From contig JBKBOT010000026.1 in NCBI GenBank assembly GCA_046293555.1, forward strand, positions 1 to 21,502: DNA of 21,502 nt. The letters run 5' to 3'. The translations under genes were made by a program, and so were the position numbers. Each line of letters begins with the position of its first letter. Position 1 is the stretch's first letter. Below are positions 17,874 through 21,502 of the stretch, one piece after another. This stretch comes from Pyrobaculum sp. GTDB taxonomy: Archaea > Thermoproteota > Thermoprotei > Thermoproteales > Thermoproteaceae. The notes under the pieces were generated by a model. That model did not search any database. It saw nothing but the letters and a program-made list of their open reading frames with translations, and was not told the origin of the DNA.

Positions 17874-18611
17874 ATGGAAGGGAGAATTACGGCAAAGGTC
17901 AGAGACCTAGACGCAATGCTTTCTGCCGTAGAGGCTGTAAATAAATATGCCGTATTACACTTTAGGGAAAATGGCGTATACGTGGGACAGATGGACCAGG
18001 GAAAGAACGTCTTCATGAAGATGTTTGTCAGTAAAAGCTTCTTCCAATCATACAGCTCACCTGGCATTACCGCCGTAACGGATGTGGTCACACTCAAGGA
18101 GTTAGTTAAGGCGTTAAAACAACAATTCGTTGAGATTGTAATACATGATGACGTCATTCACATCGCTGACCAAACGGTGAAGGCTGACGAATATGTTGAG
18201 GATTATGTCGATTTAGAGGTAAAAGATGTGTTTACAGTTGTTGGATTAGACGCATCGCCTACAGAGCTTAAGAAGTTTATCGCCACGCTTGACGACTTCT
18301 TTGTGGAGAAAATCGATATGTCTATAGACAAAAAGATTACGAAAATTACGGGAAGGCTTGACGGCAGGTATGTCTTTGAGGCTACATATGAAAACAACTC
18401 ACATGACGGCAGGGAACAAGCATCTGCATCATATAGCGTACGTTTGTTGACATTGCCGCTAGGGGCTATTTCCAAGGTGGCAAACATCATAAGGCTTTAC
18501 ACCTTCAAGGTCGGCGTTGGTGAAAAGGGACTTTTGATGTTATACCTAGAGGATAGGTATGTTAACGAGTACATAAAACTTGTGTACTACATAACACCGA
18601 GGATTGATTGA
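17874..18611 (+). CDS. Divergent PCNA-like DNA polymerase sliding clamp
   Basis: 245 aa (PCNA size); N-terminal AVLHFRENGVYVGQMDQGKNVFMKMFVSKSFFQSY matches the PCNA pattern, as do ASASYS and C-terminal KLVYYITPRID (cf. LxYYLAPxIE). Confidence 0.8.
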   Translation: MEGRITAKVRDLDAMLSAVEAVNKYAVLHFRENGVYVGQMDQGKNVFMKMFVSKSFFQSYSSPGITAVTDVVTLKELVKALKQQFVEIVIHDDVIHIADQTVKADEYVEDYVDLEVKDVFTVVGLDASPTELKKFIATLDDFFVEKIDMSIDKKITKITGRLDGRYVFEATYENNSHDGREQASASYSVRLLTLPLGAISKVANIIRLYTFKVGVGEKGLLMLYLEDRYVNEYIKLVYYITPRID

Positions 18612-18633
18612 AAAAAAAATCCTTTTTTTTTTT
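18612..18633. terminator. Bidirectional A-run/T-run terminator
   Basis: A9-TCC-T13 spanning the convergent stops of the PCNA-like and Hsp20 genes. Confidence 0.65.
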
Positions 18634-18990
18634 TTAGTCTATCCTTATTTTAAACCACTTCTTCTTTTTCGGTAGCTCTACAGACAAGACTCCGTTTTTG
18701 TATGTAGTCCTTGCCCCATCTGGCTCTACTGTATCCGGCAGCTTTATCTCGTAGTACCTCCGCCCGTCGGATACAATGAGGAGATCTCTCAGCCCTATCT
18801 CGTAACGCTTCCGCCCATCGGACTCAACGAAGAGATCTCTAAACACGTTTACAGCGATATCACGTGCGCCAGGGAGTTCCATGGTCACAACAATCTTATC
18901 GCCATAGTCAATCACGTCTACGATGTTGTCTTGCTGTGTATCGCAACCGCGACAAGGCATCCGCCTCCTCCATATATCTCCAGGTGCCAT
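18634..18990 (-). CDS. hsp20: Hsp20/alpha-crystallin family protein with internal 17-aa tandem duplication
   Basis: VDVIDYGDKIVVTMELPG, YEIKLPDTVEPD, TTYKNGVLSVELPK; start ATG 18990 with TTTAAATA at -27 and GTCGA at -40. Confidence 0.85.
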   Translation of the reverse strand: MAPGDIWRRRMPCRGCDTQQDNIVDVIDYGDKIVVTMELPGARDIAVNVFRDLFVESDGRKRYEIGLRDLLIVSDGRRYYEIKLPDTVEPDGARTTYKNGVLSVELPKKKKWFKIRID

Positions 18991-19054
18991 GGAGTTAATA
19001 ATATACGCATATTTAAAGTTTTCTGTCGACAAAAAACGGAAATATTTACTGCAG

Positions 19055-19432
19055 TTATTGTAACACAAATCGACGGATGTAAGAAAAGTCCAGCTTCTCC
19101 ACCTCGATGGTCAAAACGCCGTTGTCATATGTGGCCTTCAAGGTGTCTGGATCCACCTCGTGGACGAGATCAACTCTGTAGATAAGCCTTCGATTGCCCC
19201 CCTTGGCCCTCACCTCTATACTGCGTCTGTTCTTCCCAACTTTTATCTTTATGTCGTCTTTCTTGACGTCTTGTGGAAACCTCGCCACAACCCTCACCCT
19301 GTCTCCAAGGTCGTCAACTTTTGGTGTGGAATTATCTACATCACAACAAACTTCTAGAGGTATTGGCATTTTAATCGTGCGACATGTCCCCTCGTACCCT
19401 TTGCATAACCACTCCGCTATCCAGGTTAGCAT
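19055..19432 (-). CDS. hsp20: Hsp20/alpha-crystallin family protein
   Basis: DLGDRVRVVARFP, VKKDDIKI, EVDPDTLKATYDNGVLTIEVEK; ATG 19432 overlaps the upstream stop (start uncertain). Confidence 0.82.
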   Translation of the reverse strand: MLTWIAEWLCKGYEGTCRTIKMPIPLEVCCDVDNSTPKVDDLGDRVRVVARFPQDVKKDDIKIKVGKNRRSIEVRAKGGNRRLIYRVDLVHEVDPDTLKATYDNGVLTIEVEKLDFSYIRRFVLQ

Positions 19433-20343
19433 GGAGATAAACATATGTTTAAAAGCCTGTCGGCATAGATCTCATAAAGCCTCCTAAAGGCAGCAGGCCG
19501 TGGCGACATCTCTGACCTCAACGTCACCCATGCATTCACCAACGCCCTGTATTCAAATTTGTCCAACCCCCCAAAGAAGTTATCCACAAGGGGGAAACCA
19601 GTCTCTCTTAAGAAGCGATATAGCTCTTCAAGCTCGCCATCTTTGGGCTTGGCCTTGCCGAACCTCACCTCCCTATTTGTGACATGTCTCTCGCCTCCGC
19701 CAGGCAGAATGACCTTACCATATGCAGCCTTCAGACGCCATGTGGCCGCATCTGTCGTATCTACACCCAAGGCCCTAAGTATGGGCGTCACGGCCGGGCT
19801 GCCGAGGCCAAACACATGTAGCCTGCCTTTAAACCGCCGCCTGGCGGCTTCGATAATGGTGAGGGCATGGCGGCGGGACGTCCCCCTGGTGGTGAGGACA
19901 TACGGCACAGCCCCGCCGATGGCGAGAGCAGGCGCGTTTTCATACCTCTCTAAATACTCTAGAGATAGCTTGCGGTCCTTATAGACATGTAACACGGGCA
20001 CAACCTCCATCGTCTTGGACAGCTTCAACCAGTTTTCATACGACCTTTCGAGCTTCTTTCTTGCTAACTCAGGCGGGTCTTGTGGTGTGGGAGGCACGTC
20101 CAGGGAGAAGTAGAGATCTGCGTCCACACTTTGGTATATTCTAACTATATATTGTACATCCACAGGGATACCCCTCCTCATGACCTGGTAGCCGCCTGAG
20201 TCGAGCCAAAGTTCGCCGTCATATTGTAACATGGATCGGGGATCGCCCCTCACCTCCAAGGCGTTTATGAGTAGGGCTGGTACCCTGAAGTACAGCCAGG
20301 GCTTGGGGCTGGCCTTAATGGGCGTGCCCAATGCGATTTTCAT
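19426..20343 (-). CDS. tRNA-guanine transglycosylase (TGT)-fold protein, short and DpdA-like
   Basis: LWLDSGGYQ, FSLDVPP, VVPVLH, LAIGG, LHVFGLG, GVDTTDAATW; no CxCxxC Zn site and no PUA domain. Confidence 0.8.
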   Translation of the reverse strand: MKIALGTPIKASPKPWLYFRVPALLINALEVRGDPRSMLQYDGELWLDSGGYQVMRRGIPVDVQYIVRIYQSVDADLYFSLDVPPTPQDPPELARKKLERSYENWLKLSKTMEVVPVLHVYKDRKLSLEYLERYENAPALAIGGAVPYVLTTRGTSRRHALTIIEAARRRFKGRLHVFGLGSPAVTPILRALGVDTTDAATWRLKAAYGKVILPGGGERHVTNREVRFGKAKPKDGELEELYRFLRETGFPLVDNFFGGLDKFEYRALVNAWVTLRSEMSPRPAAFRRLYEIYADRLLNICLSPC

Positions 20344-20347
20344 TAAA

Positions 20348-20584
20348 TTATTCTACCCCTCTGTCACGCACCCCCCTCGCCCCGGCCGGCCTATGGCGCA
20401 CCGCCTCGCGGGCAGGGTATTCCTGCGATCTATATTTGTCGAGAAATTTCCACAACGCGGTGCGGACCACCTCGCCGCGGTTTGGAAACAACCCGATCTC
20501 TATGAGGTAGTCAATTTGTTCTAAGTCCTCTTTCGGCACTTTGGCTGCTACTACACCAGTTTCAACTAGACGTCTCCTAGGCAT
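20348..20584 (-). CDS. Ribbon-helix-helix (CopG/Arc/MetJ) DNA-binding protein
   Basis: VVAAKVPKEDLEQIDYLIEIGLFPNRGEVVRTAL matches the archaeal RHH pattern. Confidence 0.85.
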   Translation of the reverse strand: MPRRRLVETGVVAAKVPKEDLEQIDYLIEIGLFPNRGEVVRTALWKFLDKYRSQEYPAREAVRHRPAGARGVRDRGVE

Positions 20585-20613
20585 GTTTTAAACATAGTAC
20601 ATATTTTTAAACT
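20585..20613. promoter_or_regulatory. Compact 29-bp bidirectional promoter
   Basis: TTTAAA at 20587-20592 and 20606-20611, each 27 nt from the distal divergent ATG (20614 and 20584). Confidence 0.65.
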
Positions 20614-20898
20614 ATGTGGCGGTGGTTCTACCTGGCGGCCGAGGTGGGCGTCGCCGTGTTGTATAGCCTCCTACTAGCCGTGGTTGTTTTCTACACGTTG
20701 GCTTTTGGCGTGGCGTATAAACTCCTTGGCATATATGCCGTATGGATATATATACTGTTTATCGTGTTGACTATATTTGCCGCCATGGGGATGATGTACA
20801 TATTGATTTGCAACCACGGCAAAAGGGCGGCGGTAAGGCTGTTGGCATACTACTCCACAATTGTCATGATGGCTACAACCATGGTATGGGTCCTATAG
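20614..20898 (+). CDS. Small three-TM membrane protein
   Basis: 94 aa, three hydrophobic segments; TATA at -27. Confidence 0.7.
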   Translation: MWRWFYLAAEVGVAVLYSLLLAVVVFYTLAFGVAYKLLGIYAVWIYILFIVLTIFAAMGMMYILICNHGKRAAVRLLAYYSTIVMMATTMVWVL

Positions 20899-20932
20899 CA
20901 TGTGGTTTAAATACGTATAAGGTTTTTTGGAT

Positions 20933-21304
20933 GTGAGTCAGGAGGATTACATAAAGGCCGAGGCGCTTGCCTACAAGATATTCGAGACCGTGGGCGAGAG
21001 GTATATGAACGACGTCGTTGAGGAACACGGGGAGGAGATTATAGACAGACTCCGCGAGCTCGCGCCAATGTTAGGCGGCAGGGTGAGGACGATAGGTCGC
21101 GTCAAGGAGTTTGAGCTCGACGAATCGACGGCAGATGTGGTTGACGCCGTCATAAAAGAGGAGCTGGAGGGGTTGAAAAGACAGTTTGTCGACGAGGTGG
21201 TTCCACGTATTATTGAAAAGCTGCGGGCCAGACTGGCGGAGAGAGCTCCCCACAGGAGGTTTGAGCCGCGGGAGGTTGAGCCTCGAGAGAGGGAGTTAGA
21301 TTAA
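20933..21304 (+). CDS. Hypothetical charged helical protein
   Basis: E/R-rich ORF; start reassigned to GTG 20933, 27 nt after TTTAAATA (20906). Confidence 0.75.
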   Translation: MSQEDYIKAEALAYKIFETVGERYMNDVVEEHGEEIIDRLRELAPMLGGRVRTIGRVKEFELDESTADVVDAVIKEELEGLKRQFVDEVVPRIIEKLRARLAERAPHRRFEPREVEPRERELD

Positions 21305-21314
21305 TACGTCTTTT

Positions 21315-21337
21315 GTCGAGGTTAACTGTTATAAATA
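21315..21337 (+). promoter_or_regulatory. Island promoter, copy 6 (GTCGA plus extended TATA)
   Basis: GTCGAGGTTAACTGTTATAAATA; -40/-30 to ATG 21355. Confidence 0.8.
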
Positions 21338-21354
21338 AAAGTTTTTTTATTTCC

Positions 21355-21502
21355 ATGGAGACTGTCGGTGGAGATATACCAAGCGTTTCAAACAACACTA
21401 CCAAACGATCTACAGCGATGTTGGGACTCATCGCAATTGTGGCGTTTATGGCCATCGTAATAGCAATGGCGCTTTCTGTATACGTCCTACCCGCCGGGGT
21501 TG
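21355..21502 (+). CDS. Membrane-anchored hypothetical protein, 5' part (runs off window; not in ORF track)
   Basis: METVGGDIPSVSNNTTKRSTAMLGLIAIVAFMAIVIAMALSVYVLPAGV..., open to the end of the window, with the conserved promoter upstream. Confidence 0.7.
   Translation, partial: METVGGDIPSVSNNTTKRSTAMLGLIAIVAFMAIVIAMALSVYVLPAGV

Larger units (their letters stand above)
12000..21502. mobile_element. Probable integrated mobile element (provirus/plasmid-derived island); boundaries uncertain
   Basis: Shift to AT-richer, mostly ORFan-like genes with a shared private promoter motif, an extra PCNA, a TGT/DpdA-like gene, an RHH regulator and a repeat-rich left flank. No integrase, att site or capsid gene recognised. 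Confidence 0.5.

Noticed and set aside
21355-21502. Type IV pilin (class III signal peptide)
   Set aside because: KR precedes a hydrophobic helix but the cleavage motif is not canonical and the gene is truncated by the window.

Overview
Archaeal DNA, most likely a Pyrobaculum/Thermoproteales-type genome (TATA boxes 26-27 nt before start codons implying leaderless mRNAs, pyrimidine-rich terminators). Bases 1-11660 look like host accessory chromosome: MFS transporter end, MBL hydrolase, TenA, a YeiH-family transporter with a 49-aa partner missed by the ORF track, a radical SAM/SPASM protein, a TauE-family exporter, two membrane-anchored surface proteins and decayed gene remnants. A ~1.3-kb non-coding stretch rich in direct and inverted repeats follows. 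From ~12950 to the end is an AT-richer island that looks like an integrated mobile element, though no integrase or att site is visible. Its most striking property is a set of short transcription units sharing one position-fixed promoter architecture (GTAATATC at -55, GTCGA at -40, ACTGTTATAAATA at -30 relative to the ATG). These drive two paralogous acidic proteins, a MYG1/DHH-type hydrolase, a paralog pair, a divergent PCNA clamp, an Hsp20 and membrane proteins. An opposite-strand RHH, TGT/DpdA-like, Hsp20, Hsp20 cluster sits beside them. All family calls come from motif recognition by eye, not database searches.
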